64,000 nucleotides of DNA from an uncultured Poribacteria bacterium (lineage in GTDB: Bacteria > Poribacteria > WGA-4E > WGA-3G). Of the stretch, positions 1 to 9,452 are shown piece after piece (position 1 is the stretch's first letter; each line of letters opens with the position of its first letter). The stretch lies in the NCBI GenBank assembly GCA_951813565.1, contig OX638351.1, forward strand, positions 3,584,001-3,648,000. Direction: 5' to 3'. Position numbers and translations under genes: made by a program. Below the pieces are notes generated by a model. It was given only the letters and a program-made list of their open reading frames with translations, was not told the DNA's origin and made no database searches.

Positions 1-1656
1 ACTATCATACGAATGGCGGAAAAAGAGAACGCGGACATTACAACCACGGATCGTGATAGAATTATTGCCTTTGTTGCTGAGGAAGTCGTCCGCATGGGAC
101 AACTCATTGCCAAACAGATTGAAGTCTCGCAACATATTACAACCCCTGGAGCAATCAGTGGTCGTGTCTCTAAACCGGGTGAGGTGGACTATTACCGCTT
201 TACAATTGAAGAAGGTTCTCGTCTCGGACCTTGGTGGGTTATCCATCCATTTGATAATACAGACGAAAAAGGGTTTGATACCGTCTATCCTCCTGAAGTC
301 GAAATTGATCTTAAAAAAGACTACATCGGCAAAGATGGACGAAAAATTAGATGGTATAGGACTAACCGCAGAGGTGAAAATGTCTTCTCGAATGTACCAG
401 AAGATGATGTGACTGGATATGCTTTAACTTACTTTGAATCTGAACGCGACCAGAAGTATCTCTTGTCCCTCGGTTCTGATGATACGATTAAGATATGGGT
501 AAACGATCAATTGATCTTCAGTAAATACGTACATCGAGCGCTTAGGCGGGGAGACGATGTTATTGAGTTACCCATTTCCAAAGGCAGAAATAAAATTCTG
601 TTTAAGATTACAAATGGTTATGGTCCCTGGGGCTTTTTCGCTGACATTGGCGGTTATTCCATTGTTCTATCCGCAGAAAACCTTAATTCACCTTTGAGTC
701 CTTCGTTAACCTTGTTGAACGCTGCAGGTAGGGTGTTAAGGAATAACGCTGGTAGAGGTGGTAGACGGAATGCGATTATTGATTACAGTTTTGCACAACC
801 GGGTGTCTATGCTCTCCGTGTTGAAGATATTACCGGTAAAGGTGGAGACGGTTATGTCTACCATTTAGATGTCCATCCAACTACACCTGACTTTGCTATC
901 TCAGTGACTCCTGACAATCCAAATATTGGTCGCAGCGGCACAGTACTCTTAGAAGTTACATTACAGCGAAGAGTTGGGTTTACTGAACCGATACAGCTCT
1001 CTGTTGAAAATCTTCCGCCCGGTATTTCAGCAAGCCAGAGTGCTATCCTCTCTGAAGGCGGAAATGAACAAGGTTATCTCACCCTCACTGCTTCGCCAGA
1101 TGCCGAATTAGTATACAGCGTTGTTCAAGTAGTCGGCACCGTCACAACAACATCTGGACATCAGATACGGCGTGCCGCTACGCCAGTGGAGGTATATCGC
1201 ATTCGGAACAATGATCGAACTGTTCAACGGAAAAACATTGTCGTCAGTGTAACAGAGTCTTCACCTATTATTGTTTCTACTACCCCTGACGAAGTCGTGG
1301 TAACCCCGGATGGACCGGTTAACATTACCGTAAAAGTTGATCGACGGAAGGGCAACCGACAAAACATAAACTTGACTGCAGTCGGTTTACCTACTGGTGT
1401 AAGACTCCAACGTCAGACAACCGTACTCCGAAGAGGCGCATCCGAAGCAACATTAACGCTTGTTCCGAATATCGTCTCCAGTGGAACAGAAGAATTGCGA
1501 CAAAATCCATTTATTGGAAATAAGCAGACACGCCCGTATACCTTTGTCGTTAATGCTTCGGTTGGAAATCGACGTATCGCAAGCAGTCCTGCTGTGAAGC
1601 TCTGGCTCGGAAACCCATCAAGCTCTGATGAGCAGGCAAAATTAGAAGGAAATTAA
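1..1656 (+). CDS. Large PPC (pre-peptidase C-terminal)-type beta-domain protein with a PA14-like segment, probably 5'-truncated by the window
   Basis: Frame is open from base 1. It has PPC-like segments (GEVDYYRF; FAQPGVYALRVEDITGKGGDGYVYHL), a GSDD.IKIWVN PA14-like stretch and Ig-like C-terminal repeats (VENLPPGI, AVGLPTGV). Confidence 0.6.
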   Translation, partial: TIIRMAEKENADITTTDRDRIIAFVAEEVVRMGQLIAKQIEVSQHITTPGAISGRVSKPGEVDYYRFTIEEGSRLGPWWVIHPFDNTDEKGFDTVYPPEVEIDLKKDYIGKDGRKIRWYRTNRRGENVFSNVPEDDVTGYALTYFESERDQKYLLSLGSDDTIKIWVNDQLIFSKYVHRALRRGDDVIELPISKGRNKILFKITNGYGPWGFFADIGGYSIVLSAENLNSPLSPSLTLLNAAGRVLRNNAGRGGRRNAIIDYSFAQPGVYALRVEDITGKGGDGYVYHLDVHPTTPDFAISVTPDNPNIGRSGTVLLEVTLQRRVGFTEPIQLSVENLPPGISASQSAILSEGGNEQGYLTLTASPDAELVYSVVQVVGTVTTTSGHQIRRAATPVEVYRIRNNDRTVQRKNIVVSVTESSPIIVSTTPDEVVVTPDGPVNITVKVDRRKGNRQNINLTAVGLPTGVRLQRQTTVLRRGASEATLTLVPNIVSSGTEELRQNPFIGNKQTRPYTFVVNASVGNRRIASSPAVKLWLGNPSSSDEQAKLEGN

Positions 1657-1696
1657 TCCTGCCATCTTCTATTTTGCACAATGCTTTGAAAACGTT

Positions 1697-1724
1697 AAGG
1701 CGAGGTCTGTGCCTCGCCTTCTAC
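1697..1724. repeat. GTAG-type REP-like hairpin, possible terminator
   Basis: AAGGCGAGG-TCTGTG-CCTCGCCTT followed by CTAC (GTAG on the minus strand) and a T-rich tract. Confidence 0.55.
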
Positions 1725-1780
1725 ATTTTTCTTTAACCTTGTCTAAATGATACTTTCTAACTTTATTTGCGGAGGTGTGA

Positions 1781-4700
1781 ATGTCAGGATATTATCGATT
1801 CCCAACTATTTCTCAGGAAACCATTGTTTTTGTTTGTGAAGATGATTTGTGGACAGTTCCTATCAGTGGTGGCGTGGCACGAAGACTCACATCGAATCTT
1901 GGCGCAACAGGTTCCCCACAGTTATCCCCGAACGGTGAACGGCTTGCATTTGCTGGGCGTGAAGAAGGTCCAGCAGAAGTTTACGTTATGCCAGCACTCG
2001 GCGGAGAAGCAAAACGGCTTACTTATCAGGGAAGCAATGCCAGCATTGTTGGTTGGAGTGCTGATGGGGAAAGTATTCTTTATTCCAGCGGTGCGGGGTC
2101 AGCATTTGGTGCATGGATATGGAGCATTTCCGCTGACGGAGGTGAACCGGAACGTCTTCCTTATGGCCCCGCGAACCACATCGCATTCGGAGAAAACGGC
2201 GGCGTTGTACTCGGCAGGTTAACACGCGAACCAGCACGATGGAAACGTTATCGTGGTGGCACAGCCGGACAACTCTGGATAGATATAGATGGAAATGGAC
2301 AATTTCAACCGCTTGCACCTGTTGATAGTAATTTTACCACGCCAATGTGGATTGGGGATCGTATCTATTTTATCTCTGACCACGAAGGCGTAGGCAATGT
2401 CTATTCCTGCCGGACCTCTGGCGATGACATTCAACGTCACACACATCAAGAAACCTACTACTGCCGATCCGCACAAACTGATGGCACCCGCATCGTCTAT
2501 CACGCAGGTGCAGACCTATGGATATACGATATTAAAGAAGATACCAATGACCAAGTTGACATTGAATTCCGAAGTCCACGTATCCAGCGACAACGCAAAT
2601 TTGTAAACGCTTCACAGTATCTACAGGATTATGCACCATCCGCTGATGGCAGGTCTATTACTCTAACTTCTCGCGGTAAACTTTTTACTATGGCAAATTG
2701 GGACGGTGCTGTCCTACAGCAAGGCAATCGCAGCGGCACCCGATACCGAATGACGCGATGGCTTAACGATGGAAAACGCGTTGTTACCCTTTCCGATGCT
2801 GACGGAGAAGAAGCGCTTGAAATCCACACCTGTGATGGTAGCGAAGAAATTCGCCGTCTTGATGAACTTGACATTGGTCACGTTAGGCAACTTTCAATCT
2901 GTCCAAAAGGGGATGACTTGAAAGACCAACTTCTCATCGTCAATCATCGCTTTGAACTTCTGCATATAGAACTTGAAACATCTGAGCTACGAGTACTTGA
3001 CAAAAGCCTCTATAATCGCATTCAAGGCGCAAGTTGGTCACCCGATGGAAAATGGATTGCCTATAGTTTCCCTGCTACAGAGACTACATCTTCAATCAAG
3101 TTGTGTAATGTTGAAACTGGAGAAACATCATACATCACGCAGCCAGAATTCAACGATTTTGCACCGGCTTGGGATCCAGATGGAAAATATCTCTATTTTC
3201 TCTCACAACGCGAATTTGATCCTGTCGGGGACGCCCTTCACTTTGACCTCGGATTTCCTACAGCGACACGTCCCATGTTGGTGACATTGCAGAAAGAATT
3301 ACGAAATCCATTTTTACCTGCTACACCGTCACCTGAGGATGAGAAAGAAAAAGAAGATGAGGAAAAGGAGGACAAGGATACTGAAGAAAAGTCTAACGAA
3401 AAAAACGGTGATTCTAAAAAGAAAGATGATGAAAAAAAGAAAAAACCAATTGTTATTGAGTTAGACGGTATTGAACAACGTGTTATCGCTTTTCCTTACT
3501 CACATGGACGTTACAGACAGATTGCTGGTGTTGAGGGCAAAGCGATTTTCACGTCTTTTCCTGTTCAGCATGCGACCAACGCACCCGGTGAGGAAGATTC
3601 AAGTGCTAAGGGCAAACTCCACGCTTACGACTTCAAAGAACAGAAAAAGGAAGTGCTTGTTCCAGATATTGACTCTTTCCAACTTTCGCGTGATTACAAA
3701 AATCTTTTATATCGCACAGGAAACCGGTTGCGCGTCATCAAAGCGGGCAAAAAAGCTGAAGATGACCAAAAATCCGAAAACAAAGGCGGCAGGAACCGAC
3801 ACAGCGGTTGGATAGATGTAAACCGCGTCAGACCTTCCGTTATCCCTTCTGCCGAATGGAAACAGATGTATCGCGAAGCATGGCGACTTCAACGCGACTA
3901 TTTTTGGACCGAAAATATGTCCGATGTTGATTGGGAGAACGTATATCAACGTTATCTCCCTTTACTTGAACGGGTTGCGACCCGTGCAGAATTTTCTGAT
4001 TTGATGTGGGAGATGCAAGGGGAACTCGGCACCTCACACGCGTATGAATCTGGCGGCGATTATCGTAGTTCTCCAAACTACGCACAGGGATTTCTCGGTG
4101 CCGATTTTGTTTACGACTCAGAAAACGAAGGTTATCGCATCACACACATTGCGCGCGGCGACACATGGAATGAGAGAAGAGATTCACCGCTCAACGCGCC
4201 CGGTATCAACGTCCAAGAAGGAGATGTTCTCCTTTCTATTGGTGGGCAACAGGTAAGTGAAAATGTTTCTCCAGGTGAGTTGTTAGTCAATCTTTCGGGA
4301 CAAGAGGTCCAAACCACGTTCAAAAATGCTAACGACGGTGAAAAACGCGTTGTCACAATCAAGGTGCTCGGTGGTGAAAGTGAATTACGGTACCGCGAAT
4401 GGGTCGCGCAGAATCGGAAATACGTTCACGAAAAAACGGATGGTAAGGTTGGGTACGTGCATATCCCCGACATGGGCAGACGTGGATATGCTGAGTTTCA
4501 TCGCGGCTACCTCGCTGAAGTTAGCTATCCCGGTCTGCTCATTGATGTCCGCTATAATGGGGGTGGAAATGTTTCGCAACTAATCTTAGAGAAATTGTCT
4601 CGTCACCGCATCGGATACGCTGTTCCACGATGGGGCACGCCACATCCATATCCTGCAGCTTCTGTGTTAGGCCCGATGGTCACTGTCACGAACGAAAATG

Positions 4701-5068
4701 CAGGGTCAGATGGTGACATCTTTTCACACTGCTTCAAATTGATGAAGTTAGGGAAACTTATCGGTAAGCGAACGTGGGGCGGCGTTATCGGTATTTCGCC
4801 ACATCAAGGTTTTGTAGATGGTGGTTCAACAACGCAACCGGAGTATTCTTTCTGGTTCGTTGATGTCGGTTGGAACGTTGAAAACTACGGTACCGACCCG
4901 GACATTGAAGTAGATTATCGTCCGCAGGACTATATGGGAGAAGATGATCCGCAACTTGATAAAGCGATTGAAATTCTCCTCCAGGAGATGGAAGATAACC
5001 CGCCCGAACTCCCCGATTTCGGTGAACGTCCACGTCTCACATTGCCAACCTTACCGAAAGCCGAATAA
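1781..5068 (+). CDS. Tricorn protease (S41 family)
   Basis: 1095 aa. N-terminal beta-propellers (EDDLW, RYRGGTAGQLW), PDZ region, GYVHIPDM, DVRYNGGG, catalytic GSDGD, RTWGG and DPQLDKAI motifs. Confidence 0.95.
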   Translation: MSGYYRFPTISQETIVFVCEDDLWTVPISGGVARRLTSNLGATGSPQLSPNGERLAFAGREEGPAEVYVMPALGGEAKRLTYQGSNASIVGWSADGESILYSSGAGSAFGAWIWSISADGGEPERLPYGPANHIAFGENGGVVLGRLTREPARWKRYRGGTAGQLWIDIDGNGQFQPLAPVDSNFTTPMWIGDRIYFISDHEGVGNVYSCRTSGDDIQRHTHQETYYCRSAQTDGTRIVYHAGADLWIYDIKEDTNDQVDIEFRSPRIQRQRKFVNASQYLQDYAPSADGRSITLTSRGKLFTMANWDGAVLQQGNRSGTRYRMTRWLNDGKRVVTLSDADGEEALEIHTCDGSEEIRRLDELDIGHVRQLSICPKGDDLKDQLLIVNHRFELLHIELETSELRVLDKSLYNRIQGASWSPDGKWIAYSFPATETTSSIKLCNVETGETSYITQPEFNDFAPAWDPDGKYLYFLSQREFDPVGDALHFDLGFPTATRPMLVTLQKELRNPFLPATPSPEDEKEKEDEEKEDKDTEEKSNEKNGDSKKKDDEKKKKPIVIELDGIEQRVIAFPYSHGRYRQIAGVEGKAIFTSFPVQHATNAPGEEDSSAKGKLHAYDFKEQKKEVLVPDIDSFQLSRDYKNLLYRTGNRLRVIKAGKKAEDDQKSENKGGRNRHSGWIDVNRVRPSVIPSAEWKQMYREAWRLQRDYFWTENMSDVDWENVYQRYLPLLERVATRAEFSDLMWEMQGELGTSHAYESGGDYRSSPNYAQGFLGADFVYDSENEGYRITHIARGDTWNERRDSPLNAPGINVQEGDVLLSIGGQQVSENVSPGELLVNLSGQEVQTTFKNANDGEKRVVTIKVLGGESELRYREWVAQNRKYVHEKTDGKVGYVHIPDMGRRGYAEFHRGYLAEVSYPGLLIDVRYNGGGNVSQLILEKLSRHRIGYAVPRWGTPHPYPAASVLGPMVTVTNENAGSDGDIFSHCFKLMKLGKLIGKRTWGGVIGISPHQGFVDGGSTTQPEYSFWFVDVGWNVENYGTDPDIEVDYRPQDYMGEDDPQLDKAIEILLQEMEDNPPELPDFGERPRLTLPTLPKAE

Positions 5069-5087
5069 GACATATTCATTTTATTTC

Positions 5088-5114
5088 TGTAGGCGCGCTT
5101 TGCAAGCGCGCCTT
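5088..5114 (+). repeat. GTAG REP-like palindrome
   Basis: GTAGGCGCGCTT-TGC-AAGCGCGCCT immediately downstream of the tricorn gene. Confidence 0.6.
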
Positions 5115-5235
5115 TCCTTGTTTAATACTGCACGATTATTCGGAGTTGATTTGGAAGGTGTTATGTGCTAAAATGCTCCATATATTGATTATCTCACTAA
5201 TTCAATAATTGGAAAAACATTAGGATTCCCTATAG

Positions 5236-5529
5236 ATGAGGAACGATGAGTATGGCAAAACACAGGTTGAAATCCAATTCACACTCCCTATTGACGAAAC
5301 ACTGCTGCACCATAAAACTAATGCAGAATTCAAGGCAAAAGAGGCTTTTGTGCTTGAACTCCTTCGGCAAGGTGACATCAGTGCGGGCAAAGCCGCAAAA
5401 CTTCTTAACATATCGAGATGGGATCTCTCATAGTTGATGTCTCCTGCTGGAATTTCTCCTTTTGCTGAGCAGACTGCAGAAGAATTAGCAACTGAAGTTG
5501 AAAGTGCTTTAAGAATTCTGAATAGATAA
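5236..5529 (+). pseudogene. UPF0175-family antitoxin-like HTH gene, disrupted
   Basis: ELLRQGDISAGKAAKLLNISRWDL is typical of UPF0175. There is an in-frame TAG at 5431-5433, after which the frame continues (LMSPAGISPF..EELATEVESAL) to TAA at 5527-5529. A probable 1-nt deletion lies in ATGGCAAAAC near the start. Confidence 0.7.
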
Positions 5530-5546
5530 GGAAGACAAAAGCCACC

Positions 5547-6743
5547 ATGCGTATACTCTGTACGAACGTAGGAAGCACCTCGTTCAAATACCAAATCATT
5601 GATATGGAAACAACGACCTCCCTTGTCAAGGGAGGTGTAGAACGTATCGGCAATTCTCCCTCTGGGTTCACGCATGCGGTACCGGGAAAACCTACCCGCG
5701 AAGGCGAAATTGACGCACCATCACATATTGATGCGATTGCCCACGCCATGCAACTCATCACGGATCCCGAAGTCGGTTGTCTTACAGACCTCAACCAATT
5801 GGACGGTGTCGGGTTTAAAACTATTCTTGCCAAAGGATACTGGCGTTCAGCACGGATTACAGAAAACGTTATCGCAGCATTAGAGGCATCTACACCACTT
5901 GCACCAATGCACAATCCTGCCTATATCGCCTCCATCCGCGCCTTTCAGGAATTCCTTCCCACAACACCGCTCGTTGCTGTTTTTGAGACGTGGTTTCACC
6001 AGACTATCCCGGATTACGCCTACGAATTCGGTGTTCCTCGCTTCTGGGTAGAAAAACATGGCATCCGCAAATACGGATTTCACGGTGCATCGCATCGCTA
6101 CATCTCTGAACGCGTGCCGCAAATGCTTGGTCTTGATAGCGGAGACGGACTTCGGATTATCTCCTGCCATCTCGGAGGTAGTTCCTCCATCTGCGCCATC
6201 AAAGATGGGGAGTCTATTGACACCTCAATGGGCACGTCAACACAATACGGTATGGTCCAATCTACTCGCTGTGGAGACTTAGATGCCTTTGCTGTCCTGT
6301 ATCTGATGGATAGAGAGGGTTTTTCTACCGATGAAATTCGTCGGCAGTTGATTGAGGAATCGGGAGTGAAAGGCATCTCCGGCACCAGTGGCGATATGCG
6401 TGACGTAGAAGCGGCGATAAATGCTGGCAACGACAATGCTCGCTTAGCCTTAGAAACTTATGTTTACGGTGTAAAAAAATATATCGGTGCGTATATTGCA
6501 GCGCTTGGTGGGGTTGATGTCATCGCTTTTGCCGGTGGTATCGGGGAAAAGAGTGCAACGACACGCGCGCAAGTCTGTGAAGGACTTGAATGGTGCGGTA
6601 TCCATTTAGACGCTGAAAAAAATGCGAATTCAACTGGAGAAGCTGATCTTTCGTTGGACAACAGCCGCACGAAAATTCTCGTTGTTTCTACGAATGAGGA
6701 ACTTATTGTTTCACGTGAAACTGCAAGCGTCCTAAAAGGATAG
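5547..6743 (+). CDS. ackA: Acetate/propionate kinase, divergent
   Basis: NVGSTSFKY, APMHNP, KYGFHGASH, CHLGGSSS, GGIGE and TNEE motifs. Confidence 0.9.
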   Translation: MRILCTNVGSTSFKYQIIDMETTTSLVKGGVERIGNSPSGFTHAVPGKPTREGEIDAPSHIDAIAHAMQLITDPEVGCLTDLNQLDGVGFKTILAKGYWRSARITENVIAALEASTPLAPMHNPAYIASIRAFQEFLPTTPLVAVFETWFHQTIPDYAYEFGVPRFWVEKHGIRKYGFHGASHRYISERVPQMLGLDSGDGLRIISCHLGGSSSICAIKDGESIDTSMGTSTQYGMVQSTRCGDLDAFAVLYLMDREGFSTDEIRRQLIEESGVKGISGTSGDMRDVEAAINAGNDNARLALETYVYGVKKYIGAYIAALGGVDVIAFAGGIGEKSATTRAQVCEGLEWCGIHLDAEKNANSTGEADLSLDNSRTKILVVSTNEELIVSRETASVLKG

Positions 6744-6781
6744 ATGCCACGCGTGAATGCACAAATATAACCTAATGAACT

Positions 6782-6810
6782 TTGACAATCAAACGGGGTA
6801 ATGTTATGAT
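6782..6810 (+). promoter_or_regulatory. Sigma70-type promoter of the IS630/TnpB relic
   Basis: TTGACA-17 nt-TATGAT with an extended TG. AAGGAG Shine-Dalgarno precedes ATG 6840. Confidence 0.65.
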
Positions 6811-6839
6811 GGTATAATCCAACATAAAAGGAGTATACC

Positions 6840-7171
6840 ATGGCAAAACGAAGAGAACTCATTCGGACAGAAGAAGAAAAACAGGAACTGATTGAATATC
6901 CAGATCATCACGACCGTCCTGATGTAAGAGAAAAAGCTGCTGCGTTGTTGAAAATAGCCGAAGGTGTTTCGGCACACTGGGTTTCGACCTATGGGTTACT
7001 CAAACGCCGCAAACCTGATACCATTTACAGATGGTTGAATATATATGACGAAGAAGGTTTTGATGGGTTAATCCAGCGGCAGCATGGCGGAGCAAGACAG
7101 CGATTTTCAAAAAAAAAAAAGAAGAACTATTAGAACGTGTGCGCCAAGCCCAGATGAAGTTGTGGATAAAG
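6840..7171 (+). pseudogene. IS630-family transposase N-terminal HTH part (OrfA), truncated
   Basis: VREKAAALLKIAEG...PDTIYRWLNIYDEEGFDGL HTH. It is followed by an A12 run (7109-7120) and no DDE domain. Confidence 0.7.
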
Positions 7172-7835
7172 CGAAAGGTGTCATCAAGACGATCACAATC
7201 AAACGTGACAGGTGCGGTGATTATTGGATATGCTTTTCGTGCGAGAATGTTGACGATTCCAAACCAAACGCCAAGACGGGTAAGAGCGCAGGGTTTGATT
7301 ATGGAAACAAAACATTTCTAACAAGCGACGAAGGCGATAAGATACAATCACCGCAGTTTTTCAAACAATCACTCAACACGTTGCGATCTCTCAACAAAGC
7401 ACTCAGCCGTAAAGTCAAAGGTTCTAACAACTGGTATCGTGCATACCGTGCTTTAGCAAGACAACACAGAAAAGTTGCCAGACAAAGAGAAGATTGGCAG
7501 TGGAAACTGACTGACAAACTTTGCACGGAGTTTGATACACTCTACTTTGAAACTTTGAACCTTAATGGTATGAAACGGCTTTGGGGACGCAAAGTCTCTG
7601 ACCACGCCTTCTACCATTTCGGACAGATACTGGAACAGAAGTTGTGAAGCACGGCAAAAAACTTGTGCAAATCAGTCAATGGACAGCAACGACAAAACCT
7701 TGCAGTGATTGTGGATACCATAACGAAGAACTTTCTCTTTCAGATAGACAGTGGACATGCTCCGAATGTGGCTCACACCACGACAGAGACATCAACGCTG
7801 CTATCAACATCAAACGGGCCGGCTTGGCTGCCTAA
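7172..7835 (+). pseudogene. tnpB: IS200/IS605-family TnpB, 5'-truncated and frameshifted
   Basis: RuvC-I GFDYG, RKVKGSNNW, RuvC-II FETL, zinc finger CSDC...CSEC and RuvC-III DRDINAAINI. Frameshift near 7645. Confidence 0.9.
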
Positions 7836-7926
7836 AGTGGAGCGACACTAAGACGGTCAACTCTCTGAGAAAACCGCAGTCGCGAGGAAGCACAAGCCCC
7901 TACCTTTAGGTAGTGGGTACCTATGA
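7836..7926 (+). mobile_element. IS605-type right end / omegaRNA-scaffold region
   Basis: Subterminal hairpin AAGCCCCTACC-TTTA-GGTAGTGGG (about 7894-7917) directly after tnpB, as expected for IS200/IS605 right ends. The exact end is uncertain. Confidence 0.65.
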
Positions 7927-7992
7927 AATTCCCACTGATATCCCGTTTTATTTAATGTCTTTTTTGATACATAAACCAAACCTCTAAAATCA

Positions 7993-9438
7993 ATGCAAGG
8001 TAAAAAGATGAAAAACGCACAACTATCTAACCCTGAAATCGACTCCAAAAATCTTCCTGCAGTTTTGGGCGGGACACCAGTTTTTGAAATATCAGAAGAT
8101 GCCCCGTTTCCGAAATTAGATCAATGGCGTCAAATTACCGAAGCAGAGGCACAAGTTGCTTACGAAATGACGTTGCGAAACGAGTTGTCAAGCGGATCTT
8201 CTACTGTGCAAGAATTTGAGCGAATTTGGCGTGAACGACACCAGACACAATTCGCTATGAGTCTTACCAACGGTACCGCTGCCCTACATAGTGCAATGTT
8301 CGGCCTCGGGGTTGGCCCTGGCGATGAGGTTATCTGTCCTACCTACACCTGGATGGCTTCTATAACACCTGCTCTAATGCTGAATGCAAGACCCGTCTTT
8401 TGTGAAGTTGACCCTAAAACGTTGCTAATTGATGTTAATGATGTTCGGCAGCGTATTACAAAGCGAACAAAAGCAATTGTTGCAATACATCTGTGGGGTA
8501 ACGTGTGCAACATGGATGCCTTGATGGCACTCAGTCAAGAAACAGGTGTGCCTATAATAGAAGACTGTTCACACGCGCACGGCGCGTTTTATAAGGGAAA
8601 ACTGTGTGGCAGTATCGGACAAGTGGGCGCATGGAGTTTGCAAGGAAGCAAAGCATTGTCTGCAGGCGAAGGCGGCATGCTCGCTACGAATGACATCACA
8701 GTTTTTGAACGCGCATGTTTATTAGGTCAGGTCAATCGCAGGATAGATAGTATAGGGGACCCAGTTTTGGATCCATCAGCGCTTTCCTACGCACATCTGC
8801 CGCCTATGGGATTAGGAGTTAAATATCGCGCACATCCATTAGCAATTGGCATTGCATCCGTGCAACTACAAAAACTTGATGAACTCAACACAAACCGCCG
8901 TGCATATATTGAACAGATCACAAACGGATTAGAAGATATTCCTGGAGTATATCCTATTGAGCGATATACCGGTGCGGAGCCAGCAGCATTTTTTGGATTT
9001 CCTATCCATTACCGCGAGGAAGAAATGCACAGTCTATCGGCACAAGTGTTTGCGCATGCTCTACGGAAAGAAGGTGTCTTGGCAAATAATAATCCATATC
9101 CGCTCATGGTCGGTGATGGTGTGCCTGTTTTTTCTTCAAGTTTACCAACGAATAGTAACCCGTATCCGCTACTTCATACGCTTCCGCTCTTTGCGAAAGG
9201 GCTCGATATTTTCACTAATGGACGTGGGTCTCTTTGTCCATCTGAGATGGATGGAGATTATGATGGATACGCCACTGGAGACTTGCCAATAACTGAGAAA
9301 ATCTGTTCACAATTGGTATTTTTACCACTGTTAACAAAGCCTGTTCCAAAGGCAACTGAACGTATACTTACGGCAATTCGAAAAATTTCCAATCACGCAG
9401 AACTTTTGGCTAATACCGTCAAAGATGGCAAGGTATAG
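7993..9438 (+). CDS. DegT/DnrJ/EryC1/StrS PLP-dependent aminotransferase
   Basis: NGTAALH, GVGPGDEVI, IEDCSHAHGA and SLQGSK...GEGG (PLP lysine). Confidence 0.9.
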   Translation: MQGKKMKNAQLSNPEIDSKNLPAVLGGTPVFEISEDAPFPKLDQWRQITEAEAQVAYEMTLRNELSSGSSTVQEFERIWRERHQTQFAMSLTNGTAALHSAMFGLGVGPGDEVICPTYTWMASITPALMLNARPVFCEVDPKTLLIDVNDVRQRITKRTKAIVAIHLWGNVCNMDALMALSQETGVPIIEDCSHAHGAFYKGKLCGSIGQVGAWSLQGSKALSAGEGGMLATNDITVFERACLLGQVNRRIDSIGDPVLDPSALSYAHLPPMGLGVKYRAHPLAIGIASVQLQKLDELNTNRRAYIEQITNGLEDIPGVYPIERYTGAEPAAFFGFPIHYREEEMHSLSAQVFAHALRKEGVLANNNPYPLMVGDGVPVFSSSLPTNSNPYPLLHTLPLFAKGLDIFTNGRGSLCPSEMDGDYDGYATGDLPITEKICSQLVFLPLLTKPVPKATERILTAIRKISNHAELLANTVKDGKV

Positions 9439-9452
9439 AATTTTTTAGAAAA

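Noticed and set aside
3325..3450. A-rich E/K/D stretch in the tricorn gene as a possible insertion
   Set aside because: It is an in-frame charged linker of the kind common in bacterial tricorn homologs.
9085..9180. Duplicated NPYPL segment in the DegT aminotransferase
   Set aside because: It is a short in-frame duplication with no further supporting signal.
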